From an uncultured Pseudomonadota bacterium (GTDB lineage Bacteria > Pseudomonadota > Alphaproteobacteria > RF32 > CAG-239), in assembly GCA_949289935.1 (NCBI GenBank), contig CASEQD010000002.1, positions 1,847 to 65,846 of the forward strand: a DNA stretch of 64,000 nucleotides, read 5' to 3'. Under the pieces are notes generated by a model. It had not been told where the DNA came from. It did not search any database and saw only the letters and a list, made by a program, of their open reading frames with translations. Each line of letters opens with the position of its first letter. The first letter of the stretch is position 1. This document shows positions 33,842-44,107 of the stretch, in pieces. The position numbers were made by a program, and so were the translations under genes.

Positions 33842-36325
33842 ATGACTAAAAATTCAAGATATAACGGCAAAGAAACTTTTGAAGAATGGCGTAAGGAATG
33901 GGCGGATGAAGATCGTTATAACTTTAGGACGATTGAAGGAAAATGGCAGAAAATATGGGATGATGAAAAGGCATATAAAGTAGAAATCGACAAGAACAAA
34001 GAGAAATTTTATGTGCTGGTCGAGTTCCCGTATCCTTCGGGAGTAGGGCTTCATGTCGGGCATCCCCGTTCTTATACGGCCTTGGATGTGATTGCCCGCA
34101 AAAAAAGAATGCAGGGGTTTAATGTTTTATATCCGATGGGGTTTGACGCTTTCGGACTTCCGGCAGAAAATTATGCGATAAAAACCGGTGTCCATCCGGC
34201 TGTGTCCACCAAAGCCAATATTGAGACTTTTACCCGGCAGATGAAATCTCTGGGGCTTAGTTTTGACTGGGACAGGTGTATTTCTACCTGCGAATCCGAG
34301 TATTATAAGTGGACGCAGTGGATGTTTATCCAGTTGTTTAAAAAAGGATTGGCCTATAAAGATAAGATTGCCATCAACTGGTGTCCGTCGTGTAAGGTCG
34401 GGCTGGCCAACGAGGAAGTGGTCAACGGTTGTTGTGAACGTTGCGGCGCTCAGGTTGTCCGTAAAAATAAAGAACAGTGGATGTTGGCTATTACCAAATA
34501 TGCCGATCGTTTGATTAAGGATCTGGATTGCGTTGATTTTATTGACCGGGTGAAGACTCAGCAGATTAACTGGATCGGACGCAGCGAAGGCGCCGAGCTT
34601 GATTTTGATTTGTGTCTGAATGACGGCAGTCTGTTGGAAGGTAAAAAGCTTAAGGTGTTTACCACACGGCCTGATACAACGTTTGGCGTTACCTATATGG
34701 TGATGGCGCCGGAGCATGAATATGTTCAATCGCTGATGTCGTATTTTGAAAATCCGCGGGATGTTCAGGCGTATGTTGACGAGACTGCGAAAAAATCCGA
34801 TTTGCAACGGACAATGGATGATAATAAAACCGGTGTGGAACTGAAAGGAATTAAGGCCAAAAATCCGTTTAACGGCAAAATGATTCCGGTCTTTATTTCT
34901 GATTATGTTTTGACAGGCTATGGTACCGGTGCGATTATGGCCGTACCGGCGCACGACCAGCGCGATTATGATTTTGCCAAGAAGTTTAATCTGCCGATTG
35001 TTCAAGTTCTGGAAGGCGGGGATATTTCCGAAAAAGCCTGGGAAGAAGACGGTGTTCATATTAATTCCGGTTTTATGGACGGGATGAATAAGGAAGATGC
35101 CATGCGGGCGGCAATTGATTATGCCGTCAAAGGAGGTTTCGGCAATCCGAAAGTCAATTATAAACTGCGCGACTGGGTTTTTTCCCGCCAGCGTTATTGG
35201 GGCGAACCTATTCCCATGGTTTATTGCGAGCATTGCGGCTGGCAGCCGATTGACGAAAGCGAACTGCCGCTGACGCTGCCGGAGGTTCCCGACTATCATC
35301 CGAATGATGAAGGGGAATCGCCTTTATCCAAAGCAGGGAGCTGGCTTGAGGCCAAATGTCCGAAATGCGGCGGCAAAGCGCGGCGCGAAACAGATACAAT
35401 GCCGAATTGGGCCGGGTCTTCATGGTATTTTCTGCGTTATTGCGATCCGCATAATGATAAGGAATTTGCTTCTAAAGAGGCTTTGGAATATTGGATGCCG
35501 GTGGATTGGTATAACGGCGGTATGGAACATGTGACGTTGCATTTGCTTTATTCCCGTTTTTGGCACAAGTTTTTGTATGACTGCGGCTATGTGCCGACCA
35601 AAGAGCCGTATCAGCGTCGGACAACTCATGGGATGATTTTGGCCTCTAACGGCGAAAAAATGTCGAAATCGCGCGGTAATGTTATTAATCCGGATGATAT
35701 TGTCAATACTTACGGAGCGGATACGTTCCGTTTGTATGAAATGTTTATCGGGCCTTTTGATCAGGCTGCCATGTGGTCCGATGAGAGTTTGATGGGCGTT
35801 TACCGCTTTGTGAACAAGGTTTATGGATTGTTTCGAAAAGTCAGCGGGGATGCCGCCGCCGATGATAAAGATCTGCGAGCCATGCATAAATGTATCAAAG
35901 AAGTTACGGAACGGATTGATCAAATGAAATTTAATACAGCTGTTTCGTCTCTGATGACATATGTGAATTATTTGTCGGACAAAGATAAAATTGCGCCGGA
36001 ACTGTATGAAACCCTGCTTAAGCTGTTATGTCCTTTTACGCCGCATTTGTGTGAAGAAATGTGGGCCAGACTGGGGCATAAGACTTTGGCCGTTGCCGAA
36101 GGATGGCCGGTTTTTGATCCGGTTTGGGCCGAGGACAGCGTCGTTTCAATAGCCGTTCAATTAAACGGCAAAATGCGCGGGGTTATTGAAATGCCTAAAG
36201 ATGCCGCCCGGGAAGCGGTTGAAAAAGCGGCTTTTTCCTTGGAAAATGTTAAACGTCAAACGGAAGGCAAAGAAATCCGTAAGGTGATTGTCGTGCCAAA
36301 TAAAATTGTCAATATTGTGGCCTGA
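33842..36325 (+). CDS. leuS: leucine--tRNA ligase
   Basis: 827 aa with HVGHPRSY (HIGH) and KMSKSRGN (KMSKS) motifs and a CP1 editing domain. Confidence 0.95.
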   Translation: MTKNSRYNGKETFEEWRKEWADEDRYNFRTIEGKWQKIWDDEKAYKVEIDKNKEKFYVLVEFPYPSGVGLHVGHPRSYTALDVIARKKRMQGFNVLYPMGFDAFGLPAENYAIKTGVHPAVSTKANIETFTRQMKSLGLSFDWDRCISTCESEYYKWTQWMFIQLFKKGLAYKDKIAINWCPSCKVGLANEEVVNGCCERCGAQVVRKNKEQWMLAITKYADRLIKDLDCVDFIDRVKTQQINWIGRSEGAELDFDLCLNDGSLLEGKKLKVFTTRPDTTFGVTYMVMAPEHEYVQSLMSYFENPRDVQAYVDETAKKSDLQRTMDDNKTGVELKGIKAKNPFNGKMIPVFISDYVLTGYGTGAIMAVPAHDQRDYDFAKKFNLPIVQVLEGGDISEKAWEEDGVHINSGFMDGMNKEDAMRAAIDYAVKGGFGNPKVNYKLRDWVFSRQRYWGEPIPMVYCEHCGWQPIDESELPLTLPEVPDYHPNDEGESPLSKAGSWLEAKCPKCGGKARRETDTMPNWAGSSWYFLRYCDPHNDKEFASKEALEYWMPVDWYNGGMEHVTLHLLYSRFWHKFLYDCGYVPTKEPYQRRTTHGMILASNGEKMSKSRGNVINPDDIVNTYGADTFRLYEMFIGPFDQAAMWSDESLMGVYRFVNKVYGLFRKVSGDAAADDKDLRAMHKCIKEVTERIDQMKFNTAVSSLMTYVNYLSDKDKIAPELYETLLKLLCPFTPHLCEEMWARLGHKTLAVAEGWPVFDPVWAEDSVVSIAVQLNGKMRGVIEMPKDAAREAVEKAAFSLENVKRQTEGKEIRKVIVVPNKIVNIVA

Positions 36326-36362
36326 TTTTGTTTTAAGAAAACGGGAGGCGACGGAAACGGGG

Positions 36363-36908
36363 ATGAAAATGAAAAGGTTTTTTGTAATTGCATTGCTTTT
36401 TTTGTTAACAGCCTGCGGTTTTTCGCCTCTTTATGCGCAAAAAGATGTTTCAGGTTCATACGGAAGCGCCGGTGTTGATATTGTCAGCGAGATGAGGCAG
36501 ATTAAAGTGGAGCCGATTTCAGACCGGTTCGGACAGCTGGTTCGCAACAATTTGCTTGACAGTCTGACGCCGACCGGTGTGCCGTCAAAGCCGAAGTATC
36601 GTTTGTTTGTTCGTCTGAAAAGAAAAAGCATTAATTTGCAGGCTTTGCGCGAAGATATTTCCGCAACCCGCGAAATGGCCATCTATCAGGTTGAATATTC
36701 TATGAAAGAGGGGGATAAGGTTTTGTTTAGAAACGAAAGCGTGGCTTATGCCAGTTATGATGTTTTGAATAATCCCTATTCGACAACCGTGGCTCAGAAA
36801 AAAGCAGAAAAAGAAGCGGCGCAGATTATTGCCGATGATATTTCATTGCGCGTCGGAGCATATTTTCATTTGAGAAACGCCAATCTGGAACAAAAAAGTG
36901 ATTTATAA
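36363..36908 (+). CDS. lptE: LPS-assembly lipoprotein LptE
   Basis: Lipobox LLTACGFSPLY, about 180 aa, in the conserved leuS-lptE-holA position. Confidence 0.6.
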   Translation: MKMKRFFVIALLFLLTACGFSPLYAQKDVSGSYGSAGVDIVSEMRQIKVEPISDRFGQLVRNNLLDSLTPTGVPSKPKYRLFVRLKRKSINLQALREDISATREMAIYQVEYSMKEGDKVLFRNESVAYASYDVLNNPYSTTVAQKKAEKEAAQIIADDISLRVGAYFHLRNANLEQKSDL

Positions 36909-37944
36909 GCAAGCACAGATTGAGAAATATTTGAAAAAACCGGATGAGGCCGTGAAATGTTGGATTGTTTACGGCAGTAACGACGGTTTGGTTAATGAAT
37001 ATGTCAAGAAGTTTATAATGTCTGTTTGCACAGATATTTATGATCCTTTTCAAGTGGCATATTTGGATTGTGAAGATGTTCTTTCCGATCCGGGAAAGCT
37101 GATCGGCGAATTTAACAGCCAGTCGCTGATGGGCGGCCGCCGGGTGGTGGTGGTTAAAGATGCGGATAATAATCTGGCCAAGCATTTGAAAACGTTATTT
37201 GATAATTCAAAGTCGGATACGCTGGTTGTTGTTTATTCAATGTCTCTGACAAAAAAATCTTCATTGGTTAAGCTTGGTGAAGATGATGCTTCTTTTGGAA
37301 TTATTGCCTGTTATGAAGACCGGGATGAGGATATTTATGCTACGGTAAAATCGTTGTTTTTGCAAAACGGAATGACGATTGCCAATGATGCCATGCAGCT
37401 TTTGTGCGCCAGATTGTCCAATGACCGAAAAAGTAATTTGGGTGAAATTGATAAGCTTATTACATATATGGGAAGCAAAAAAAATGTTACGGCAGAAGAT
37501 GTGGGGCAGATTATCAGTGATACGTCTTCGTCAAATACGGATGATGTTTGTTTTTTTGCAGCCGGCGGTATGAAAGAAAAAACGATGCAGGCTTTTCAAA
37601 AGCTGATTGGCGAAGGTACGGATCCGACCGTGATTATCCGCAGTCTGGTTTATCATTTTAACCGGTTGTTGACATGTGTGGCTTTTATTGAAAACGGAGA
37701 TTCGACGGATAAGGCAGTTGCCCGACTGACGCCGAGAGTTATTTTTTTCAGGGAAAACAGTTTTAAACGTCAATTGTCTTTGTGGAGTAAAGACAAAATG
37801 TTCAGCGTGTTGGAGCTTTTGTATAAATGCGAACGGGATACGCGCCGGAATAATATGCCGGCAGAGGAACTGGTTAGCTATACGCTGATGCAGATTGCTT
37901 CAGCCGCGGCGGCAACAGCAGCCAGATTCAGTCAGCGTTTTTAG
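36898..37944 (+). CDS. holA: DNA polymerase III subunit delta
   Basis: 348 aa with a GTG start. It has the typical size and position, and an N-terminal (Y/F)GxxxxL... clamp-loader delta pattern. Confidence 0.7.
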   Translation: MIYKQAQIEKYLKKPDEAVKCWIVYGSNDGLVNEYVKKFIMSVCTDIYDPFQVAYLDCEDVLSDPGKLIGEFNSQSLMGGRRVVVVKDADNNLAKHLKTLFDNSKSDTLVVVYSMSLTKKSSLVKLGEDDASFGIIACYEDRDEDIYATVKSLFLQNGMTIANDAMQLLCARLSNDRKSNLGEIDKLITYMGSKKNVTAEDVGQIISDTSSSNTDDVCFFAAGGMKEKTMQAFQKLIGEGTDPTVIIRSLVYHFNRLLTCVAFIENGDSTDKAVARLTPRVIFFRENSFKRQLSLWSKDKMFSVLELLYKCERDTRRNNMPAEELVSYTLMQIASAAAATAARFSQRF

Positions 37945-38257
37945 TTGGGTTGAGACCGAGGTTTTGTTTTTCTTCCGAGGTTAGAATTCCTTTAATCCTT
38001 TTTATTTTGTATCCGCTGCGGAGCAGGCGCCTGATGTATGAGGCATTGTAAAACCAGGCATAAATGACGGAAGAAATGCCCATGGTAAGCAAATCCAGCG
38101 GCAGTAAAATAAAACCGGTTTTCCAGTCTTTGCGGAAAAAGGGAACAAAGAATCCGAACAAGAACATTGTGAAAGAATAGCCGAGGCGGATGCTTTGAGA
38201 ATCGTTGTTTTGCGGGTTAGTTAAAGTAATTTCCGGTTTGCGCAGGCGGATTTTCAT
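37928..38257 (-). CDS. small membrane protein (two TM segments; possibly DUF2628-like)
   Basis: GYSFTMFLFGFFVPFFRKDWKTGFILL. The internal ATG at 38257 was chosen to avoid overlap with the upstream permease. Confidence 0.35.
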   Translation of the reverse strand: MKIRLRKPEITLTNPQNNDSQSIRLGYSFTMFLFGFFVPFFRKDWKTGFILLPLDLLTMGISSVIYAWFYNASYIRRLLRSGYKIKRIKGILTSEEKQNLGLNPTKNAD

Positions 38258-38285
38258 CTTTTGTTCTTTCGTTTTTTGCGTATCT

Positions 38286-39353
38286 TTATTTTTCGAGATA
38301 CAGGCTGCTGTTTTTATAGTTTTTGATGGCATGACGGATGAACACGCCGATGACGGCAGCTACGGGAACCGCTATCATTAAGCCCAGAAAACCCAACAGA
38401 ACGCCCCCTGCCAGTAAGGCAAACATAATCCATACCGGATGCAAACCGACGCTGTCTCCGACCAATTTGGGCGTGAGAAAGTTGCCTTCAAGAAATTGAC
38501 CGACGATGAAAACACCAACGACATGAAAAACAGGCGTCATAGAATCAAACTGCGCCAGAGCAACGGCAATGCTGACAATAAAGCCACTGATGCTTCCAAT
38601 ATAAGGAATGAAGGAAATTAATCCGGCCAGAAAGCCAATCAGCAATCCCAGTTCCAATCCGGTGAAATATAATCCCAAAGCATAGAAGCTGCCCAGGATA
38701 ATGCAGACGCTCAGTTGTCCCCGAATGAAGCCGGCCAGCGTCCGGTCAATTTCTTTTGCCTGCTGCCGAATGGATTCTTTTGATTTGCGAGGGAGGAGGC
38801 TGTCAGCTTTTTTGACAATATTTTCCCAGTCGCGCAGAATGTAGAACGCCACAACTGGTGTGATGAGCAGCAACGAAAGAATGTTTATGAGAGCAAAACC
38901 GCTGCTGATGAGGCTTTTCAGGATGTTTCCGCCGACTTTGAGCCAGTTGGATATGTTTGATCTTATGTATCCGCGGATTTTTTCACCATCCATGCCGGGA
39001 AAGTGTTCCTGAAGATTATTAATGACAGGTTCAATCCGGCGGAGAAAGGCTGCAATGTATTGCGGCGCCGTTTCCAGAAATTTTCCGATTTGTTCGTTAA
39101 TGGCGTTTAAAAGCAGAAAAATGCCGGGGATGATGATGATTAAGACTGTTCCCAGGACAATAAATGTACCGACGGTGCGGTTGATTCCCGCTTTTTTCAG
39201 TTTTGCTACCCAGGGATCAAAAAGATAGCCGATGATGATGCCTGCAACAAAAGGCATTATGACTGAACGCAGTATGTATACGGCGGTGCAAAACAAAATA
39301 AACAATGTTATCCAGAACAACCAGTTGCGGTTTGTTGTTTTTTGGGGAATCAT
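38286..39353 (-). CDS. AI-2E family transporter (PerM/YhhT-like permease)
   Basis: 355-aa polytopic protein with typical ...PFVAGIIIGYLFDP... and ...G(D)SVGLHPVWIMFALLAGG... blocks. Confidence 0.8.
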   Translation of the reverse strand: MIPQKTTNRNWLFWITLFILFCTAVYILRSVIMPFVAGIIIGYLFDPWVAKLKKAGINRTVGTFIVLGTVLIIIIPGIFLLLNAINEQIGKFLETAPQYIAAFLRRIEPVINNLQEHFPGMDGEKIRGYIRSNISNWLKVGGNILKSLISSGFALINILSLLLITPVVAFYILRDWENIVKKADSLLPRKSKESIRQQAKEIDRTLAGFIRGQLSVCIILGSFYALGLYFTGLELGLLIGFLAGLISFIPYIGSISGFIVSIAVALAQFDSMTPVFHVVGVFIVGQFLEGNFLTPKLVGDSVGLHPVWIMFALLAGGVLLGFLGLMIAVPVAAVIGVFIRHAIKNYKNSSLYLEK

Positions 39354-39372
39354 TATTTTGTCCTTGTTGGTT

Positions 39373-40434
39373 CTAATTTATGCTTTCCAGAGTATAAAAA
39401 TTGTCGTAGCCGTTGAGAATCAGCGATTTTTCCCGCAGAGAGCGGGTCAGGTTTTCAAGACTGCCGATATAGGTCAGCAAAGCCTGAACTTTGCCTTTTC
39501 CCATGGCGATGGTTTTGACGCTGCTGACGATGTTTATTTCTTTTATTTTCTTTTCGGCCTGAAGCCAATCGCTTAGTCTGCGGCTGTCAAACAATACCAT
39601 AATATCGTGAGGCGAAGAGCCTGCATCTATCTGATTTTTGTGAATTTCTTCGTCAATCTGCCGAACAATTTCGGGCAATGCCGCTCCGAACAATTCCGGC
39701 CCCCGGGCGCCTTTAATGTTGACGGTACGGGTGTTTCCTCCGTGGTAAGGAAGAATTGTTATTTTTAATCCTTCAATACCGTTGTATAGCGCATCCAGTA
39801 CAAAAATGTTTTCCGTTCCCATGTGTGCGGAAATTTTATCCAAAGCCTGGCCGTCAAGACTTACAGCTTTTTCTCCGGTGAGAAACATGGTGTTTATGCT
39901 GTCTTCGGGAATGGAAACATAAATGTTTGGGCTGGAGGTTATCGGGGTCGTTTCCCAGGTTTTTCTCCAAAGGTTTTTTTCTTCCCAGAGCAGGGGCGTG
40001 TCTCCGGCATATTCCCGAAATACGGGAATAACCAGTACGTTTGACGGAGATGTTACGACATAATTGATGTTTTGTTCCTGCATGAAGGTTTTGAGCAGAT
40101 CATTGTTGATGGTAATGCGTAAAGTTGCAATATATCTTACATCGGAAGCTTTTTCGGAGACAACGGTGGCTTCTTTGATGAAGTTTATCAGTTGTTCATC
40201 GGTGAGATTTTCCAACCGGGCAAGCCCTTCTTCATTTGTTGTGCGGGACGCAACCGCCATGAATGCGCTGCGATAGGCTTCTTTCATGCCTTTGTCACGG
40301 GCATTGGCCGCGTTGTCCGACGTAATGTCTATTCTTACTTCAGCCGTGTAGTTTCCGCCATTGTCTGCGGCGGCTTTTTTTATGCCGGCGGCGAAAACCG
40401 CCAAACACAGGAACAAAAAAAGAAATTTGCGCAA
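39373..40434 (-). CDS. secreted hypothetical protein, possibly DUF2066-like
   Basis: TTG start at 40434 after a GGAG RBS gives the signal peptide MRKFLFLFLCLAVFAAG. The ORF-track extension to 40548 would overlap ndk. Adjacency to an AI-2E transporter mirrors the usual DUF2066 neighbourhood. Confidence 0.4.
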   Translation of the reverse strand: MRKFLFLFLCLAVFAAGIKKAAADNGGNYTAEVRIDITSDNAANARDKGMKEAYRSAFMAVASRTTNEEGLARLENLTDEQLINFIKEATVVSEKASDVRYIATLRITINNDLLKTFMQEQNINYVVTSPSNVLVIPVFREYAGDTPLLWEEKNLWRKTWETTPITSSPNIYVSIPEDSINTMFLTGEKAVSLDGQALDKISAHMGTENIFVLDALYNGIEGLKITILPYHGGNTRTVNIKGARGPELFGAALPEIVRQIDEEIHKNQIDAGSSPHDIMVLFDSRRLSDWLQAEKKIKEINIVSSVKTIAMGKGKVQALLTYIGSLENLTRSLREKSLILNGYDNFYTLESIN

Positions 40435-40444
40435 AATTTTACTC

Positions 40445-40861
40445 CTAACCGACAATTTCCGTGTGGTTGAAAAAGAAAGCAATTTCCCGTCGGGCCGATT
40501 CAGGGGAATCGGAACCGTGGACGGAATTCCGGTCGATGGAAAGGGCAAATGTTTTGCGAATCGTCCCTTCTTCGGCTGCGGCCGGATTGGTTGCGCCCAT
40601 AATGCCCCGATAGAGGCTTATGGCGTTTTCTCCTTCCAAAACCTGAACGACTACCGGACCGGAAATCATTTGTTGAATCATGCCGGGAAAGAAGGATTTT
40701 TCTTTATGTTCGGCATAAAATTCTTCAGCCTGTTTTTGAGTCAGCCAGATGCGGCGTTGTCCGACAATACGCAGTCCCGCATTTTCAATCATACTGTTGA
40801 TTTGTCCGGTAATGTTGCGTTCCGTTGCATCCGGCTTGATGATAGAGAGTGTTCTTTCCAT
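40445..40861 (-). CDS. ndk: nucleoside-diphosphate kinase
   Basis: [12 protein letters not shown]..., NSVHGSDS active-site His motif. Confidence 0.95.
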   Translation of the reverse strand: MERTLSIIKPDATERNITGQINSMIENAGLRIVGQRRIWLTQKQAEEFYAEHKEKSFFPGMIQQMISGPVVVQVLEGENAISLYRGIMGATNPAAAEEGTIRKTFALSIDRNSVHGSDSPESARREIAFFFNHTEIVG

Positions 40862-41036
40862 GGATTTTTCCTTCTGTGATATCTAGTTGTAAAAGATGTT
40901 ATTCCATTTACATAAAAAAATCAAAAGTTTTTTGTGGACAACCGGTGTAAAGATGGGTTAATTATTGAGTGAAGGCCGCCATTCCCGACGGCAGAAGCGT
41001 TTTTTTGAATAATAACAGAAATTTTTAAGGTGTCAG

Positions 41037-42035
41037 ATGTCTTACAGCAATTATTTGAAGAGCCTGTTGGAAAAGGCAGGGACAAAAAACAAAACCATCG
41101 TGCTGCCGGAAGGTGAGGATGTCCGTGTTTTGGAGGCCGCACATATCGCGGCATCAGCAAAGGCGGCAAAACTGGTTATTTTGGGCGAAAAGGCCGAGAT
41201 TGAGGCTTATTTTTCAGGCAGAGGCTGGGAAATGAGCGGAATCGAAGTTATTAAACCGGAAACGTCTCCGCGTTTGCCGGAATATACCAAGCTTTTGTAT
41301 GAACTGCGCAAAGATAAAGGTTTGAGCGAAGAAGATGCTGCCAAACTGGCGCTGAACTATAATTATTTCGGGACTCTGATGATTAAGTCCGGGCATGCCG
41401 ACGGTATGGTTTCGGGCGCGAATCACTCAACTGCGGATACGGTGCGGCCGGCTTTGCAAATTATTAAGTCCGCCAAAAAGGGGCGTTCGGTTTCTTCTTT
41501 TTTCCTGTTGGTTTTCGGAGATACGCCGTATTTGCTGTCTGATTGCGCGATTGTTATAGATCCCTCTGAACGAGAGATGGCGGATATTGCTCTTGATGCG
41601 GCGGAGAGTGCTTTGAAATTTGGGATGACGCCGAAAGTTGCCATGCTTTCTTATTCGACATTCGGGTCAGGCAAAGGCGAGCGGGTTGACAAAGTTAAAA
41701 AGGCGGTTGAGCTGGCTAAGGCAGATTTGCAGACTGAGGCGTATAAAAGTCTTGGTATTGAGCTTGACGGCGAAATGCAGGCTGATGCGGCGCTTGATGA
41801 AGTCGTCGGCAGGAAAAAAGCGCCGGGAAGCAATGTGGCCGGGCAGGCAAATGTGTTGGTATTTCCCAGTCTTGAAGCCGGAAATATCGGTTATAAGCTG
41901 TTGCAGAGGCTTGGCGGATGTGCCGCTTTCGGCCCGGTATTGCAGGGTTTGAATGCTCCAGTCAGCGATTTGTCGCGAGGAGCTTTGGTGGAAGATATTG
42001 TCGGCGTGATTGCCATTACCTGCTTGCAGGCTTAG
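41037..42035 (+). CDS. pta: phosphate acetyltransferase
   Basis: 332 aa, PTA_PTB-type. IVLPEGEDVRVLEAA, GMVSGANHSTADTVRPALQ. Confidence 0.9.
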   Translation: MSYSNYLKSLLEKAGTKNKTIVLPEGEDVRVLEAAHIAASAKAAKLVILGEKAEIEAYFSGRGWEMSGIEVIKPETSPRLPEYTKLLYELRKDKGLSEEDAAKLALNYNYFGTLMIKSGHADGMVSGANHSTADTVRPALQIIKSAKKGRSVSSFFLLVFGDTPYLLSDCAIVIDPSEREMADIALDAAESALKFGMTPKVAMLSYSTFGSGKGERVDKVKKAVELAKADLQTEAYKSLGIELDGEMQADAALDEVVGRKKAPGSNVAGQANVLVFPSLEAGNIGYKLLQRLGGCAAFGPVLQGLNAPVSDLSRGALVEDIVGVIAITCLQA

Positions 42036-42077
42036 GGCGGCGCCGGTTGTTTGGTTTCAGTTTGGGGAATTGTTTTT

Positions 42078-43259
42078 ATGAAAAAGATATTAGTGCTTAA
42101 TTCCGGTTCGTCTTCTTTGAAATATCAGTTGTTTAATGTTGACGGCGATAAGTATACGGTTGCCGCAAAAGGCAATGCCGAACGCATTGGTATTTACGGT
42201 TCTTTTGTCAGTATAAAAATCGGCGACGGAGATAAAATTATCAAAGATGTGCCGCTTCCTTCCCATAATGAGGCAATCAGGGAAGTTTTGAATTTGTTGC
42301 TGAACGGCGCTCTGAAGAGCCTGGATGACCTGGACGGCGTAGGGCACCGTATTGTTCAGGGCGGAAGCTTTTTTGACCGTTCGGTTTTGATTACGGGTGA
42401 TGTTTTGCAGAAAATTGACGAGTTATCGACTTTGGCTCCGCTGCATAATCCGGCGGCGGTTTTGGGAATTAAGGCCGTCAAACATGCTTTGCCTCATATT
42501 AAACAGGTTGCGGCTTTTGATACGGCGTTTCATCAGAGCATGCCGAGAGAGGCTTTTCTTTATCCCCTGCCGTATGAACAGTATGAACAACATCAAATCC
42601 GCCGTTATGGCGCACATGGTACGTCACATCACTATGTTGCCGGGCAGGCGGCAAAAATTCTGGGTCGGGACGGAAAGTTTATTACCTGTCATTTGGGGAA
42701 CGGCGCTTCTATTTCTGCCGTTGAAAACGGCAAGTGCCGGGATACGTCCATGGGGTTTACGCCGTTGGCCGGTATTATGATGGGAACGCGCTGCGGCGAT
42801 ATTGATCCGTATATTCCGCTGCATATTATGAAATATCAGCGCAAAACGGTTGATGAGGTTAACGAAATGCTGAATAAGCAGAGCGGTATGCTCGGTCTTT
42901 GCGGTTTTTCGGACAATCGTGACGTGGAAGAAAAATATCTGGCCGGAGATGAACGCGCCAAAGCCGCCATGGAAGTGTATGTTCATACCATTATTCGTTT
43001 TATCGGTTCTTATATTGCCGTTTTGGGCGGCGTCGATGCCATTGTTTTTACGGCTGGAATCGGCGAAAATTCGCCATTGGTTCGTAAAATGGTTTGTGAG
43101 CGGCTGGCTTATTTGGGAATTGAGCTTGTTGAGGAGGCCAACAATAAGCGCGGTGAAGAAATTGAAATTTCAACACCGGATTCCAAAGTTAAAGTTCTGG
43201 TTATTCCGACAAACGAAGAACTGGTTATTGCCCGGGATACGGTTGAATTGGTCGGGTAG
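42078..43259 (+). CDS. ackA: acetate kinase
   Basis: MKKILVLNSGSSSLKYQLF, VGHRIVQGG, AFDTAFHQSMP, GAHGTSH. Confidence 0.95.
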   Translation: MKKILVLNSGSSSLKYQLFNVDGDKYTVAAKGNAERIGIYGSFVSIKIGDGDKIIKDVPLPSHNEAIREVLNLLLNGALKSLDDLDGVGHRIVQGGSFFDRSVLITGDVLQKIDELSTLAPLHNPAAVLGIKAVKHALPHIKQVAAFDTAFHQSMPREAFLYPLPYEQYEQHQIRRYGAHGTSHHYVAGQAAKILGRDGKFITCHLGNGASISAVENGKCRDTSMGFTPLAGIMMGTRCGDIDPYIPLHIMKYQRKTVDEVNEMLNKQSGMLGLCGFSDNRDVEEKYLAGDERAKAAMEVYVHTIIRFIGSYIAVLGGVDAIVFTAGIGENSPLVRKMVCERLAYLGIELVEEANNKRGEEIEISTPDSKVKVLVIPTNEELVIARDTVELVG

Positions 43260-43280
43260 GCGCGCTTTTATTTTTTGACA

Positions 43281-43308
43281 AAAGGGTCGGTTTCCGGCCC
43301 TTTTTTTG
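43281..43308 (+). terminator. intrinsic terminator after ackA
   Basis: GGGTCGG / CCGGCCC stem followed by T7. Confidence 0.55.
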
Positions 43309-43464
43309 ATGTTGTTTTATGCTTTTTTAGCCAAAACGACTCGATTGACAAAATATTTTTATTTTTAGACTAGATTTCGTGTCTAAAATGTGGTATGTTA
43401 GTGCCGTCAGTGGTGCTTTGTTTGGAAAAAACACCATGTAATCCCAGCATGATAAGGAGTAATT

Positions 43465-43971
43465 ATGAACAAAAAAAATTCTTCAGGCATTGTTTTTAAT
43501 TCAGGAGATTTTGTTGTCTATCCGGCTCACGGGGTCGGCAAGGTGGCTGATATTTCCAAACAGAAAATTGCCGGTTCGGAGCTGGAACTGATTGTGGTCA
43601 ATTTTGACAAGGATAAAATGACGCTGCGAATTCCGATGGCCAAAGCAAATACAATCGGTTTAAGGAAAATTTCCGAAGCGGGAACAATGAATGAGGCTTT
43701 GAGTGTTTTGAAAGGAAAGCCGAAGGTTAAAAAAATTATGTGGTCCCGCCGGGCGCAGGAATATGAGAATAAAATCAATTCGGGGAATCCGGTGGCAATT
43801 GCCGAAGTTGTCAGAGATTTATACCGGAATGAAAATCTGGCGGAACAGTCTTACAGCGAGCGTCAGATTTATGAGCAGGCTCTGGGGCGTCTGGCCAGCG
43901 AATATGCCGTTTGCAACAGTATCAGTACGGATGAAGCGACGAAGCAGTTGGTTGATATTCTGGCAAAGTGA
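43465..43971 (+). CDS. carD: CarD family transcriptional regulator
   Basis: FNSGDFVVYPAHGVGKV... CarD/TRCF RNAP-interacting domain, 168 aa. Confidence 0.85.
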   Translation: MNKKNSSGIVFNSGDFVVYPAHGVGKVADISKQKIAGSELELIVVNFDKDKMTLRIPMAKANTIGLRKISEAGTMNEALSVLKGKPKVKKIMWSRRAQEYENKINSGNPVAIAEVVRDLYRNENLAEQSYSERQIYEQALGRLASEYAVCNSISTDEATKQLVDILAK

Positions 43972-43994
43972 TTTTGCAGAATTTGAGTGTTGTT

Positions 43995-44022
43995 AAAAGG
44001 CCTTGGATTTCCAAGGCCTTTT
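43995..44022. terminator. bidirectional intrinsic terminator
   Basis: AAAAGGCCTTGG-ATTT-CCAAGGCCTTTT, perfect, between convergent genes. Confidence 0.7.
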
Positions 44023-44107
44023 GAAGATTAAAGTTCTATTAGTGTAGATAAAAAATTCACAGGTTTTTTCTGCTTCCGGTTTTATTTCAGGGAGGGAATA
44101 TAAGGAG

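Noticed and set aside
40435-40548. Extension of the 39373 ORF into ndk (ATG at 40548)
   Set aside because: It would overlap the ndk coding region by about 100 nt in another frame. A GGAG RBS plus TTG at 40434 yields a clean signal peptide directly after the ndk stop.
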